Counted from the stretch's first letter, positions 1 to 13,113 are shown. The stretch: DNA of 64,000 bases from Octopus vulgaris (GCA_951406725.2 OX597831.1:29202001-29266000); one strand, 5' to 3'. Numbers and translations: made by a program. Notes: generated by a model not told the origin, from the letters alone.

Positions 1-127
1 AAAAATAAGATAAAATCTTCATAAAAATTTATCAAGTAGTTAGCGTGAAAAACATCATAAGAGAAAAAAAATCCATCAATTTTTTCACTTTATATATATA
101 CATATATATATATAATATATATATATA

Positions 128-1061
128 TCTCCACTTTCAAGCCACTTTCAAGCTTCCGCTGAGACACCAACTTGCAACATCAGTAACAGCTCCGATCAGG
201 CAGAAGTCTTCAGACGATGTAAGCTTATCGTTTGGGATGAATGCACGATGGCCCACAGAAGTGTTCTTGAGGCACTAGATAGATCTCTCAGAGACATCAA
301 ACACTCTTCAGCTCCCATGGGAGGCATAACACTTCTTCTTTCAGGGGACTTCCGACAAACACTTCCCGTTATTCCCAAAGGGACTACAGCTGATGCAGTA
401 AGTGCGTGTCTTAAGTCGTCCACATTGTGGCCACTGGTGAAGACTCTCAAACTTCACACCAATATGCGTGCTCATATGCGGCGTAATATCACATCAGCAG
501 CATTTCCTCACACCCTCCTTGCACTTGGCGAAGGCAAAATACCAGGGGATGAAAATGGTAATATTGCCATCGATTCCATTTGTACCATTGTTAAGACGTC
601 TTCTGATCTCAGAGATGCAGTGTTCCCAGATCTACAAGCTAATTATCAGAATATGGATTGGATTGGCCAAAAGGCTATTCTGGCCCCGAGGAATAAAACT
701 GTTCACCATATTAATGATGAAATGCTAAAACTCATTCCTGGGGACGTCTATATATATCAGTCTATCGATACAACTCCTGACCCAGAGGACGTCATCAACT
801 ATCCAATAGAGGTACTCAATTCCTTTGAGCACCCCGGACTACCACCACACATTCTCAGACTTAAAGTTGGTGCCCCTATAATGCTCATCAGAAATTTGGT
901 TCCCCCAAAACAATGCAATGACACACGTTTGATCGTTAAGTCCTTATCTCCCACCGTAAACTTATATCAATATTTGCCTGAATAATCATCATAATTCAGT
1001 GCAATCATTAACAGTACTTTCAAGCAATTCAGCCCCGAGCAACGCCGGGCAATTCTGCTAG
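128..1061 (+). mobile_element. Internally deleted Helitron carrying a helicase remnant
   Basis: 3' end has the hairpin CCCGAGCAACGCCGGG (1034-1049) followed by CTAG (1058-1061) and a T. It contains PIF1-like helicase sequence. The 5' limit is uncertain (a TC at 128 follows a TA run). Confidence 0.8.
145..985 (+). pseudogene. Helitron Rep/Hel PIF1-family (SF1B) helicase fragment
   Basis: In-frame upstream reading gives CKLIVWDECTMAHR (Walker B), then LLSGDFRQTLPVI, LHTNMR, AILAPRN and GLPPHILRLKVGAPIMLIRNL..CNDTRL. There is a frameshift near TFKLPL, and homology stops abruptly near 957. Confidence 0.9.
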
Positions 1062-1102
1062 TATATAATATAATATAATATAATATAATATAATATATAT
1101 AA

Positions 1103-1601
1103 CTAGCAGTATCGCCCGGCGTTGCTCGGGTTTGTAAGGGAAATAACTATATAAGCATTTTTAGAGAGTTACTTCCCTTATAGATGCCAATTCGGGCTTT
1201 CTTAGCCATCTGTTTTGGTGTCTTCAAGCCATGAAGTCGTTGTTCTAAAAGAACGCTGGTCTCCTTGACAACGCATTACGACGTTGATTTCTTTACACTC
1301 CCTTCCCCACAGCTTTACGAGGGAGGGAAGAAGGGGGAGAAGCAAACACAGGTGCAGGTGTTTGAGCGTGGACGCCAACTCCGCCGCCATTGACACACGA
1401 AAGATTATGCATTAAAATGGAATAAAAAATGATGTTAAATTATTTTTAAAATCGTAGACTCATCGTAGACGCGCGCTAATAGCCAGATGGGCTCGATATG
1501 AATCGCGACTTGGTTAAACTGCACCGCAAAATGTGGGAGGAGTTAGGAATCTAAATCGAAGGGGACAGACACTCACACAACTAGAGTTTTATATATATAG
1601 A
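1103..1601 (-). mobile_element. Non-autonomous Helitron
   Basis: Minus strand starts TCTATATATATAAAACTCTAGTTGTG and ends with hairpin CCCGAGCAACGCCGGG...CTAG, the same 3' signature as the element at 128-1061. Confidence 0.8.
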
Positions 1602-1705
1602 TATAATATAATATAATATAAAGAGTTAAAACCATTATTATGCAACTCAAACAGTGATAGACATAAACCAATACATAAATAACAAATAATATATATATAA
1701 TTAAT

Positions 1706-1754
<49 letters not shown>

Positions 1755-1974
1755 CGATAGAGAGAGAGAGAGAGAGAGAGAAAGAGTGAGAGAGAGGGAA
1801 AGAGAGTGAGTGAATAAGTATATACGCTTATGAGAGAGAGAAACAGAGTGAGAATGTAAAATACGGCGTTGCTTTGCGAAAGCGTTAAGTATTTTGAAAA
1901 CGTCGTAAGAAGCGATCATCACAAAACATCAACAGAAAAGTGAGTAGGATCGAAAATCTTAAGTGTAAAGAAAA

Positions 1975-3162
1975 ATGCCGGGTTTACAATCAGTGACGTC
2001 ACACGAAGATAACTCTAGAAATATGGAAGAGTTACAATGTAGCCTTGACGTAATGTTTCCTGTAAAACCGAAATGGAAACGAATGTGGCAAATGGGTACT
2101 GTCAGTACCCTCACAGCGGAAGAAATAACTGAAAAACTAGAGAAAACAGAAAAGGAGATCCAATTTCTGTCCAAAGAAACGCCCATCTTAGAGAAATATC
2201 TAGGAGACAAGATTGTTTCAAGTGCTAGTGGGAGTGGTGAAGAATCAAGCTCCGGGATCGGCTCACAGATAAGATCTCAACCAATGTCACCTCTTGCGAT
2301 TGCTGCTCGCGCTCTTGTTCGCACTAAACCAGGTAGTTTGACGGTTAAACAGAAACTTATAATCGCTAAATACTGTCAAAAGGTTTATAAGGATGAATTG
2401 AAAACAACGAAAGACATAACACGCGAATTTATCGAATCGAGCCTGGCTTTAATTGAAAACTACCAGAGAACTTTGGCCGACATTGAATCAGAAAGACGAG
2501 AAATGGAAGTGGAATTCGGCGATTTGGTTAAAGCGGGTGGCAAAATTCCTTTTCTGCATAAATGGCAAAAATATGTTACCGCAAAGAATATAAAATATGA
2601 AAGTTTTTACAGTACGACAAAGCTACGTAATGCAGGCCTGAATCTTAATATTAAAAAACAAATAATGATTAAGAAATATCGAAATGAAGTGGATCCCGTT
2701 GAATTCTATAGCAAATGGCTTGAAAAAAATACACTTAAAGAAGAAACTCAAAATATTATAAAACAAAAATCTCGGTTGAGGAAAGCATTGGTACCGATCG
2801 AGAGATACACATACGAAAAAAAACAAGAACTCGAGAAGAACGTGAATCAAGGAGAAGATTTTCGCAAGAGAATTCTGCGAGAGAAGCACAGTTTATCTTA
2901 CTTGCTAAACAAACATCGTGATCAGGAAGAAGCGAGACAAGAGGAAGAGGCATTAAACAAACAGTTAAATACGCTTTCGGAAACTTATAGGGTACCGTCC
3001 GTCTTGGAGTACGTTACTTTAGTTAAAGACAATAAAGAAAGCAGAGAAATCATTGAAAAATGGAGGAAGAAGGTAGAAGTGGCGGAAATGGTGTACAAAG
3101 GGAACGTGAGAAAATGGAAGGACATTTCTGAGTATGTTAAGAAATATAAGCTTGAAGTATAA
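1975..3162 (+). CDS. CCDC113: Coiled-coil domain-containing protein 113-like (CFAP263, DUF4201 family), intronless and divergent
   Basis: Uninterrupted 395-aa coiled-coil ORF. Motifs LSKETPILEKY, LTVKQKL, KLRNAGL and EALNKQL...YRVPSVLEYV...KWRKKVEVAEM..KGNVRKW are colinear with CCDC113 as recalled (LKTETEMFEKY, LTADQKL, LRLKNVSL, EAVNKRL..FRAPQVMTYV..WERKVEIAEM..KGHRKAW). The true start Met is uncertain. Confidence 0.8.
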   Translation: MPGLQSVTSHEDNSRNMEELQCSLDVMFPVKPKWKRMWQMGTVSTLTAEEITEKLEKTEKEIQFLSKETPILEKYLGDKIVSSASGSGEESSSGIGSQIRSQPMSPLAIAARALVRTKPGSLTVKQKLIIAKYCQKVYKDELKTTKDITREFIESSLALIENYQRTLADIESERREMEVEFGDLVKAGGKIPFLHKWQKYVTAKNIKYESFYSTTKLRNAGLNLNIKKQIMIKKYRNEVDPVEFYSKWLEKNTLKEETQNIIKQKSRLRKALVPIERYTYEKKQELEKNVNQGEDFRKRILREKHSLSYLLNKHRDQEEARQEEEALNKQLNTLSETYRVPSVLEYVTLVKDNKESREIIEKWRKKVEVAEMVYKGNVRKWKDISEYVKKYKLEV

Positions 3163-3376
3163 TATCCAGTGTTTTTATTATTGTTTTGGACGGCAGACAT
3201 GTTGGGGGATGGTCTTAAAGGGTTTTGGTTGAACGAATCGACACCAGTTCATATTGTTTTTCGATTTAAAGTATGTAACTTATTCTATCAGTTTCTTTTG
3301 TCGAACTGCTGCGTTATGGGTACATTAACAAACCAAAACCGGTTATCAAGTAGTGATGGTGGGCAAATACACACAG

Positions 3377-3407
<31 letters not shown>

Positions 3408-4467
3408 CACACGCTCACACATACACACACACACAGAATTGGTATGTATGTAAGTTTATGTACATGTATGTGTCTGCATGAATGCATGTGTGCGCGTGCG
3501 TGTGTAGGTGTGCGTATGTGTATGCATGTTTTTGGTATGTGTGTTTCTATGTGTATGTACGTTTATGCGCGTGTATGTCTGTGCATGTGTGTATGTGTGT
3601 GTGTATGAAGTACGGTCATGCGCACGCGTGCACGTCTGAATGAGTCTGCCAATGTGTATGTTGATGTTTGTGTATCTGAGTATGTGTGTGTGTGTATGAG
3701 TATGTATGCGTCTGTGTGTGTATTACTATTATTATTATTATTATCATTATTATTATTATTATTCAGGTCACTGCCTGGAATCGAACTCGGAATCTTAACC
3801 ACTACACCATATGCCCGTGGACATGTGTGGTGATGGGGGAACACAAACACAGATACACACACACACACAAACACACACACTCACACACACATGTATTTAT
3901 ACACAACGATCTTCTTTCAGTTTCCGTCTACCAAATCCACTCACAAGTCTTTGGTCGGCCCGAGGCTATAGTATCAGACACTTGCCCGAGGTGCCACGCA
4001 GTTGGACTGAACCTGGAACCATGAGATTGGGAAGCAAGGTTCTTACCACACAGCCACTCCTGCACAAGTCCATATGAGAGGTTCTCTCTTGCTAAATAAG
4101 CAATATTTTGTGTTCTACTACATCTACTTTTAAGTGGAAATATATGTTACCTTTTGGTGTTAATAATGCTTCTTATTAATTAATTACTGGTTGGGGCGCC
4201 ATTCAGTAATTAATATGTACGTATCAGTGGTCAGGAATATCTTTCCTATGTAAAATTGGTATATCCAATTGTGTTAACACTTTCTAAAGCAATGCCTAAT
4301 TTAGTGACCATTTAAGCAATGAATTCGTGGATTATTAAGCACCACATCTATGTGAAGAGGTCGTGTAGTTGTGGTAGTAGTTGTAAAGTTCATTCCCGAG
4401 TCATACCGATTCATAACGACCGGTTTCCCTGTTTCCATAGTGTATGTATTCCCTACATGGACGGGAC

Positions 4468-5157
4468 GCGAAATGTTTTTGTTTTTTTTTCCCACGAGTG
4501 TTCCGAACCCCAGTTATGAACTCATTTGCATACAGCCAATCAGAGCTCAACTATCAAACTAGTGTCCACCTAGTCACGAAAATACTCTGGTTGAGTTCGG
4601 TGGTAAATATGCGTTATAGCAAAATCCAGCCGTTCTAAACGGGTTAATAGGGGAGACAAATGTGGAATTTAGTGTATAAAGTGAATGGAGAGCTGCGCAC
4701 CGATGATGCCATAAGTGTTGCCAATTTGTGTAATTTACTAGAAAATATAAATGAGTGTACTTTCCTAATTTTTCGACTGATTTTGTACATCCCTGATTTA
4801 AAATGTTGGTGCTGATCTGGAAACGTCTTAATCAATATGGTGTTGTGTCATATTGCGCTCTCTTTGCATATATCAATGGGTACATGCAGTATCACTAATC
4901 TCAGTCTGAGCATAGGGACCTAAGGTCAGCTCCACATAGAGATGGTGCTCAATTGATCTATGAGGATGGGATGGGGAATGTGGTGCGTATGTAAAACCTA
5001 CTATGCTGTACTCACAGAGTGGCATACACCATTCTATGCCTGACTGGCTGTACTCTTGTAGAACACAGTATGTGGATTTTCAAGGTGAGCTCTGATTGAC
5101 TGTATGCAAATGAGTTCATTGCCGGGATCCGGAACTCTCGTGGAAAAAAAAATTCGC
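4468..5157. mobile_element. MITE with ~80-bp imperfect TIRs and 9-bp TSD (Mutator-like), nested in a SINE
   Basis: TIRs GCGAA(T)nCCACGAG...GAACTCATTTGCATACAGCCAATCAGAGCTCA at both ends, inverted. Flanked by GGACGGGAC (4459-4467) and GGATGGGAC (5158-5166). Confidence 0.7.
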
Positions 5158-5328
5158 GGATGGGACACCGGTCCGTCACAGGATTACTCAATTTTGCCAG
5201 CTGAGTGGACTGGGGCGACGTGAAATGAAGTGTTTTGCTCAAGAATACAACGCGTCGCTCAGTCCAGGAATCGAAACCACAATCTTACGATCATAAGTCC
5301 AACACCCTAACCACTAAGTGATGCGCCT
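5158..5328 (-). mobile_element. tRNA-derived SINE family C (V-SINE-like body), split by the MITE
   Basis: Reverse complement matches the copy at 8116-8330. Its 3' part lies at about 4400-4467. Confidence 0.75.
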
Positions 5329-5955
5329 GATGAAGGAGTAAAGAGTCCTGAAATATGCACATACATCCATTACTTAGTTTTCTATCTCCGATCGCATTGT
5401 TTACGTAGACGTGTTCGTTTACATAACGCCGTGACTTTCGGTGCTGGCTCTAATTTCTATTTAAAATCTGTAGAGACAACTTAAAAAGGAAATGCTGCTT
5501 CTGTCGTTATTAATTATTTATCGTTGTGTTTCATGCTTTTGTTTTCTTTTTCTGTAGCTTTATTCTCCCTTTACGACTTTTGTTTATCGCTTCTGAAATT
5601 CGAATAAGTTTCACCTCTTAATGGCGATAAGGTACGAAGTCATAAAAAAAAAGACAAAAAAAAAAGATCGAATTTATCTGACAACACAAAAAGAATTTAA
5701 CGTGCGGTGTAGTGTGTGCATATGCGTGTGTATGCGTACGTGTGTGTGTGCATGTGTGTGTGTGTGTCCGCGCGGGAGTTTTATCGCTGTCTTTCTTCGT
5801 AGACCGCTGCAGTTCATTTCATACATTTCCTTAGGTGTATATTTCCTTTGATTTCTGGGGTCATCAATATTGTTTCAACTATTGGAGAGCGGTCATGCTG
5901 GGGCTATCACCTCGTAGGTTTCAGTTTGTAGAAATCTACTTCGGTACTTATTAGA

Positions 5956-6190
5956 AGGCGGCGAGCTAGCAGAATCGTTAGCACGTCGGGCGAAATGCTT
6001 AGCGGTATTTCGGCTGCCGTTATGTTGTGAGTTCAAATTCCGCTGAGATCGACTTTGCTTCTCATCCTTTCGGGGTCGATAAATTAAGTACCAGTTAAGC
6101 ACTGGGGTCGATATAATCGACTTAATACCTATGTCTGTCCATGTTTGTCCCCTCTATGTTTAGCCCCTTGTGGGCAATAAAGAAATAGGT
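5956..6190 (+). mobile_element. tRNA-derived SINE family B (MetaSINE-like central domain)
   Basis: Head GGCGGCGAGCTAGCAGAA..GAGTTCAAATTCC and body GACTTTGC..TCATCCTTTCGGGGTCGATAAATTAAGTACC. Related copies at about 12638-12865(-), 29680-30080(+), 34270-34460(-), 36290-36630(+), 39637-39866(-), 49585-49800(-) and 51480-51790(-). Confidence 0.8.
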
Positions 6191-7150
6191 ACTTATTAAA
6201 GTTTGGTACGAACCAGTACCGCTAGTCGAGCAGTGAGAAGACACACACACACACACACGGGCTTCTGTACAGTTTCCATCCACCAAATCCACTCACAAGG
6301 CATTTGTCGGCCTGGAGCTATAGTAGAAGAGACTTGGCCACAAAGCGAGCGTGTTAACCACACGCCTGTACATGCTAACTTCTGCTGTCCATTTTGTTTC
6401 TTGGAATTTATGCTCTTCACCATTTTGAAGATGTCCACCTTGAGGTTACCAGCAACGGTACTCCGTCGGTTACGACGAAGGGGGGTTCCAGTTGATCCGA
6501 TCAACGAAATAGCCTGCTCGCGAAATTAACGTACAGGTGGCTTAACACGCCATAGACACGCGTACTCCTTCACATATTTCTCAGGGAGATTCAGCTTGAC
6601 ACAGAATGTGACAAGGCTGACCCCTTTCAATTACAAGGAGTCAGCCTTTTTGCCAACTAAGTGGCAACGGGAGATAAAATGTCTCGGCGTTGCTGACGTT
6701 TTTTCTCAGTACCATTTCTTTCATCTTTCTAGGGCCTCCCCTAGGGAATTTTATAGCCAGCTTCATAGATAAATGTTTTAGGGGTTACTTTTACATTATT
6801 TTTTCTTTATGCCTGCTTGGAAAAGTTAAGGGGTAGATAAATTAGTGAAAACAGGATTTCTTGCAACATTTTTCGGGGCGTTCTTTAAACAAGTTACTTA
6901 GCCCTGAGTGTACCGTTGTGCAGGGTTCCACATAGGGGACTACTGGCCTAAAACACAATTTTTTCATGATCCGTGAAAAATTACCGTGGACCTTCAATTT
7001 ATTGCATTGCATTTGTGGAACCCCTGAAATCTTATTGAGTCGAACGAATCAACCCAAGTACTTATCTAAATGTGATACATTCTATCGGTTCCTTCTGCCG
7101 AACCGTTATGTCTCTCTCTCTCTCTCTCTTTCTCTTCCTCATATATATAT

Positions 7151-7480
7151 AGGCGCAGGCGTGGTAAGAAGCTTGCTTCCCAACCACATGGTTCCGGGTT
7201 CAGTCCCACTGCGTGACACATTGGCTGTCTTCCACTAAAAGCCTTGTGAGTGGATTTGGTAGACGGAAGCTGAAAGAAGACCGTCGTATGTGTGTGTGTG
7301 TGTGTGTCTCCCCAGCATCGCTTGACAACCGATGTTGGTGTGTTTACGTCCTCGTAAATTAGCGGTTCGGCAAAAAGAGACCGACAGTATAAGTACTAGG
7401 CTTACAAAGAATAAGTCCTTGAGGCGATTTGTTCAACGAAAGGTGGTGCTCCAACATGGCCGTAGTCAAATGAGTGAAAC
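7151..7480 (+). mobile_element. tRNA-derived SINE family A (CORE-like)
   Basis: Matches the full-length copies at 9896 and 10516, with an internal deletion. Confidence 0.8.
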
Positions 7481-7482
7481 AG

Positions 7483-7556
<74 letters not shown>

Positions 7557-8115
7557 ATATATATATAATACAAAATGGGACAAGAACGCAAAACATCCGG
7601 ACAACTAGGTGATACAAAAAGGGACAAAAAACCATCCAGATAGATGATACAAAAGAACAAGAACGGGTCATTCGAAGCTTTCTATCCTCAGTCAAGAACC
7701 GGATCATCCTCGCAATTTCGGCTGATTGATATATATATATATATGTATGAGAATTTGTTTTAAGGCTTGAAAATGCATCTGAATCGAAAAAAGTGGTTTT
7801 TAAATATATTTATTCATATGCCAAACTAGTTTCAACATTTTTTTTTTTTTTTTGCTTGTCAATGGTGTATACGTATAACGAAAGGGGTTTAGGAGAAGTT
7901 TAGATTTTCTGGGTAAAAATTGGACAAACATGTTTAAACCATCAAATGTTCGGATATACATATACGGTCTCCACTGAACTTTTACACTGATATTAGTATC
8001 TATCCCTGTGAATCTCATTCACATTTTCGTCAAGATTTAGACATTTGATGGCTTAAACATGTTTGTACAATTTTTACCTTGTAACTTTAGACTCTCCTGA
8101 ACCCCCATATGTGTA

Positions 8116-8330
8116 GGCGCGTGGCTTAGTGGTTAGGGTGTTGAACTCATGATCGTAAGATTATGGTTTCGATTCCTGGACCGGGCGATACGTTGTGTTC
8201 TTGAGCAAAACACTTCATTTCACGTCGCCCCAGTCCACTCAGCCGGCAAAAATGAGTAATCCTGCGACGGACCGGCGTCCCGTCCAGGTGGGGAATTTCT
8301 ACGCCACTGAAACCGGGAAACCGGCCCTTA
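8116..8330 (+). mobile_element. tRNA-derived SINE family C (V-SINE-like)
   Basis: A box GTGGCTTAGTGG, B-box-like GGTTTCGATTCC, body TGTGTTCTTGAGCAAAACACTT..TCCACTCAGC. Other copies at about 15830-16042(-), 52521-52700(+) and 59700-59835(+). Confidence 0.8.
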
Positions 8331-8372
8331 ATTGGCGGCAGCAGTCAACCAAGGGCTTAATTGTACACATAC

Positions 8373-8409
<37 letters not shown>

Positions 8410-8525
8410 TTGGCGTTGGTATAAAAAAACTGAGCTCCCCTGAGAATATTTATTGAAGACCATAGTACAATAAACAAGCTTATATATACAGGTGTGTGTG
8501 TATATGTACGTGTGTTTATAGATGG

Positions 8526-8556
<31 letters not shown>

Positions 8557-8759
8557 GATAGGGGTACAGGACGTCACCAACTGTATACATGAAATACGAA
8601 AGCAAGCGAGTTGTGTGTGTGTGTGTTGTATACATATATATATATATACGTACATATGTATACATTTATCTATTTGTCTGTCTATGAACACATGAATACA
8701 TGTATAAGTATGTATGGGTGGTTTTATGTATATATATATACGTATACATACATATGTGC

Positions 8760-8790
<31 letters not shown>

Positions 8791-9079
8791 ATATATATGG
8801 GAAAGAGAGAGGGAGAGAGGGGGAGGGATTTCACGTAGAAATCATTCTGTTCTTAGGAAGAAGTTGACTTCGACATATTATTTTTGCAAGACTGATCTCA
8901 GTTTTTAAGGTAAAGGTAAGGAATTTTTCATATATTCAATAACTGGCATTTTGACATATGTTTTAAGAAAAGAAATTTACAATTATTTTAATCCATTACC
9001 GATAAATATAATATTAGTGTTATTTATCGTCACTTTAATCGGTTTGTAAAATTCTGGTCATATAACTCCATATAACTTT

Positions 9080-9498
9080 ATTCTTTACTCTTTTTTTTAC
9101 TCTTTTTACTTGTTTCAGTCATTTGACTGTGGCCATGCTGGAGCACCGCCTTCAGTCGAGCAAATCGACGCCGGGACTTATTCTTTGTAAGCCCAGTACT
9201 TATTCTATCGGTCTCTTTTGCCGAACCGCTAAGTGACGGGGACGTAAACACACCAGCATCGGTTGTCAAGCAATGCTAGGGGGACAAACACAGACACACA
9301 AACACACACATTCATATATATATATACATATATACGACAGGCTTCTTTCAGTTTCCGTCTACCAAATCCACTCACAGGGCATTGGTCAGCCCGGGGCTAT
9401 AGCAGAAGACACCTGCCCAAGATGCCACGCAGTGGGACTGAACCCGGAACCATGTGGTTGGTTAGCAAGCTACTTACCACAGAGCCACTCCTGCGCCT
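9080..9498 (-). mobile_element. SINE family A, full length
   Basis: Reverse complement of the 10516-10920 copy, with an (AAAGAGT)-type tail. Confidence 0.85.
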
Positions 9499-9558
9499 AT
9501 TGTTTGGAATTTTCAGAAACTTTTTGCGAATTTGTCTTCTACATGGAGAATTCATATG

Positions 9559-9598
<40 letters not shown>

Positions 9599-9895
9599 TG
9601 TGATTTAAAGGCGATTTAGGTGTTTTTAGCACATCTTACGACCACCTGATACATTACTCGTTTCTTTCTCACTGACATGTATCGATGTTTTCCAATATTT
9701 TTGTCCCCATAAACACATTTTATGGAATGATGATGCACCCAAGGGTGGGATTTAAGCCAAAATTCGAACTGTCTATATTTTACACTCCGGTTTTAAAGAA
9801 GAAATTTAAAAATGAGTGGAAATGAAGGTAGCAGGTGGTCGTGGTTTTTATTTTTTGGAATTTACAGAAAATTTTTGCAAATTTGTGTTCAACAT

Positions 9896-10069
9896 AGGCG
9901 TAGGAGTGGCTTTGTGGTAAGTCGCTTGCTTACGAACCACATGGTTCCGGGTTCAGTCCCACTGCGTGGGACCTTGGGCAAGCGTCTTCTACCATAGCCT
10001 CCGGTCGACCTTGTGAGTGGATTTGGTAGACGGAAACTGAAAAGAAGCCCGTCGTATATCTGTATATAT

Positions 10070-10132
<63 letters not shown>

Positions 10133-10345
10133 TCCTCCCCCCCCCCCAACATCGCTTGACAACCGATGCTGGTGTGTTTACGTCCCCGTAAGTCAGCGGT
10201 TCGGCAAAAGAGACCGATAGAATAATTACTAGGCTTACAGAGAATAAGTCCTGGGGTCGATTTGCTCGACTAAAGGCGGTGCTCCAGCATGGCCACAGTC
10301 ACATGACTGAAAGAAGTAAAAGAGTAAAGAGTAAAACGAGAGTAA
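9896..10345 (+). mobile_element. SINE family A, full length
   Basis: tRNA-like head, CCTTGGGCAAG core, internal (TG)n, and 3' GACTGAAA..GTAAAAGAGTAAA tail. Confidence 0.85.
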
Positions 10346-10515
10346 AACCCCATAAATCCTAAAATTTCTAACTTTTTTTTTTTTTTGTTTTAAAAACCAG
10401 TTTTCCTAACTTTTTGCTTAAATTTCAGCAATGGACCACTCTTGAAAAACATCAGTACATATCTTAGCCACAAAGAAACGAAAAATGTATCAGGTTAATG
10501 CGCTAAAAATAACAT

Positions 10516-10920
10516 AGGCGCAGGAGTGGCTGTGTGGTAAGTAGCTTGTTTACCAACCACATCGTTCCGGGTTCAGTCCCACTGCGTGGCACCTTGGGCA
10601 AGTGTCTTCTGCTATAGCCTCGGGCCGACCAAAGCCTTGTGAGTGGATTTGGTAGACGGAAACTGAAAGAAGCCTGTCGTATATATGTATATATATGTAT
10701 ATATGTGTGTGTGCGTGTATGTTTGTGTTTGTTCCCCTAGCATTGCTTGACAACCGATGCTGGTGTGCTTATGTCCCCGTTACTTAGCGGCTCGGCAAAA
10801 GAGACCGGGCTTACAAAGAATAAGTCCCGGGGTCGAGTTGCTCGATTAAAAGGCGGTGCTCCAGCATGGCCGCAGTCAAATGACTGAAACAAGTAAAAGA
10901 GAAAAAGAGAAAAGAGAAAA
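10516..10920 (+). mobile_element. SINE family A, full length (dominant SINE of the window)
   Basis: GGCGCAGGAGTGGCTGTGTGGTAAG...GGTTCAGTCCC (A/B boxes), CORE-like ACCTTGGGCAAGTGTCTT, internal microsatellite and repeat tail. Many further copies, e.g. about 3820-4065, 11965-12198, 24530-24835, 27145-27760, 33540-34160, 41660-42090, 43838-44250, 49355-49950 and 57587-57983. Confidence 0.9.
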
Positions 10921-11357
10921 ATAACAGCTAAATTGCCCTTAAATCACATACAAAAATTTTATTTGCATAATCTTATGAATTCCAATGAGTAGAAGACAAA
11001 TTTCCAAAAATGTTATGAAAATACCAAAAAGTAGAAAAGTTACGAGAAGTTATATGGGGTGCTTAAACCAGATTTACGCCCGTCCGTCTAAGAAGAAACA
11101 ACCACAGTATTCCATTGAATGTCTGCTCTCACAAGCAAAATAGGGATCAAATAGGTTAAAAAAAAAAAGGTTGAAAACCCTTAGACTAAACCCTTCAAAC
11201 AGTGCCCCTGTATGGCTGCAGTCTAAAGACAGAAAATAAATTTGTATATAATCTATCTATCTATATATACGTGTGTGTGTCTGTATGTATATATAGACCA
11301 CAGTACTCATTTAAACGTGATTCATATTCTATCGGCCTCTTTTCTCGAACCATATAT

Positions 11358-11800
<443 letters not shown>

Positions 11801-11881
11801 AGTATAGATACAATTTAACATTGAACTGAAAGATTATTCAAAACTTTTCTCGAACACTATATACATACATACATACATACA

Positions 11882-11916
<35 letters not shown>

Positions 11917-12264
11917 TTACCTTTTAGCCTTCATCGGACTGTCCACACATTCATGTGTATATATAGGTCTGTTTTCCTGAACCGCTGACTTACGGGGACG
12001 TAAACACACCAGCATCGGTTGTCAAGCGATGTTGGGGAACAAACACAGACACACAAAAATACACACACACACACGTATATATACAGATATACGACGGGCT
12101 TCTTTTCAGTTTCCATCTACCAAATCCACTCACAAGGTCGACCCGAGGCTATGGTAGAAGACACTTGCCCAAGGTCCCACGCAGTGGGACTGAACCCGGT
12201 ATAATAGTTCTATATACATCTACACACACACACACACAAACACGCACGCAGACATGCATATATA

Positions 12265-12300
<36 letters not shown>

Positions 12301-12875
12301 AGACCCCCTTCAGTCATGAATGACAATGAGATTACACATGGACAGTATCAACGCCAAAAATATTAATATCTTTAAAGAGATGTTTATCTAAAGATTTCCA
12401 TTAAACAGTCTTTTTATCTGTCGTCAATATCAGATTCAGAAATATGTAAGGAATGGTAAACTATTTGCAGACGTGTTTCTTTGGAACATATAAATTCTAA
12501 ACATTTATGTTAGGGAAAAATCGAACTCACTATCTCATGATTGTGAGCCCAAACGCTCTAACCACTGAGCCGTGTGTCTTCACCATATACATATATACAT
12601 ACATATATACATATACATATATATATATATATATTTTTCTTTACTGCCCACAAAGGGCTAAACACAGAGAGGACAAACAAGAACAGACAAAGGGATTGAG
12701 TCAATTATATCGACCCCAGTGCGAAACTGGTACTTTATTTAATCGACCCCGAAAGGATGAAAGGCAAAGTCGACCTCGGCGGAGTTTGAACTCAGAACGT
12801 AACGGCAGACGAAATACGGCTAAGCATTTCGCCCGACGCGCTAACGTTTCTGCCAGCTCGCCGCCACACACACAC

Positions 12876-12913
<38 letters not shown>

Positions 12914-13071
12914 GTTATATGTGTGTATGTATATATATATATATATATATATGAGAAAGATGCATATACAATATTTATTCACATAATGTTTATACTAATG
13001 TTACAAGAACAGCAGTGACTGTGACTTCGAAGTTTCGTCCTTTTAGCCTTCATCGGACTGTCCACACATTC

Positions 13072-13113
<42 letters not shown>

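Noticed and set aside
8116-8190. tRNA-like heads of SINEs (also at 10516, 5956 and 52521)
   Set aside because: They lack a complete cloverleaf and continue into SINE bodies.
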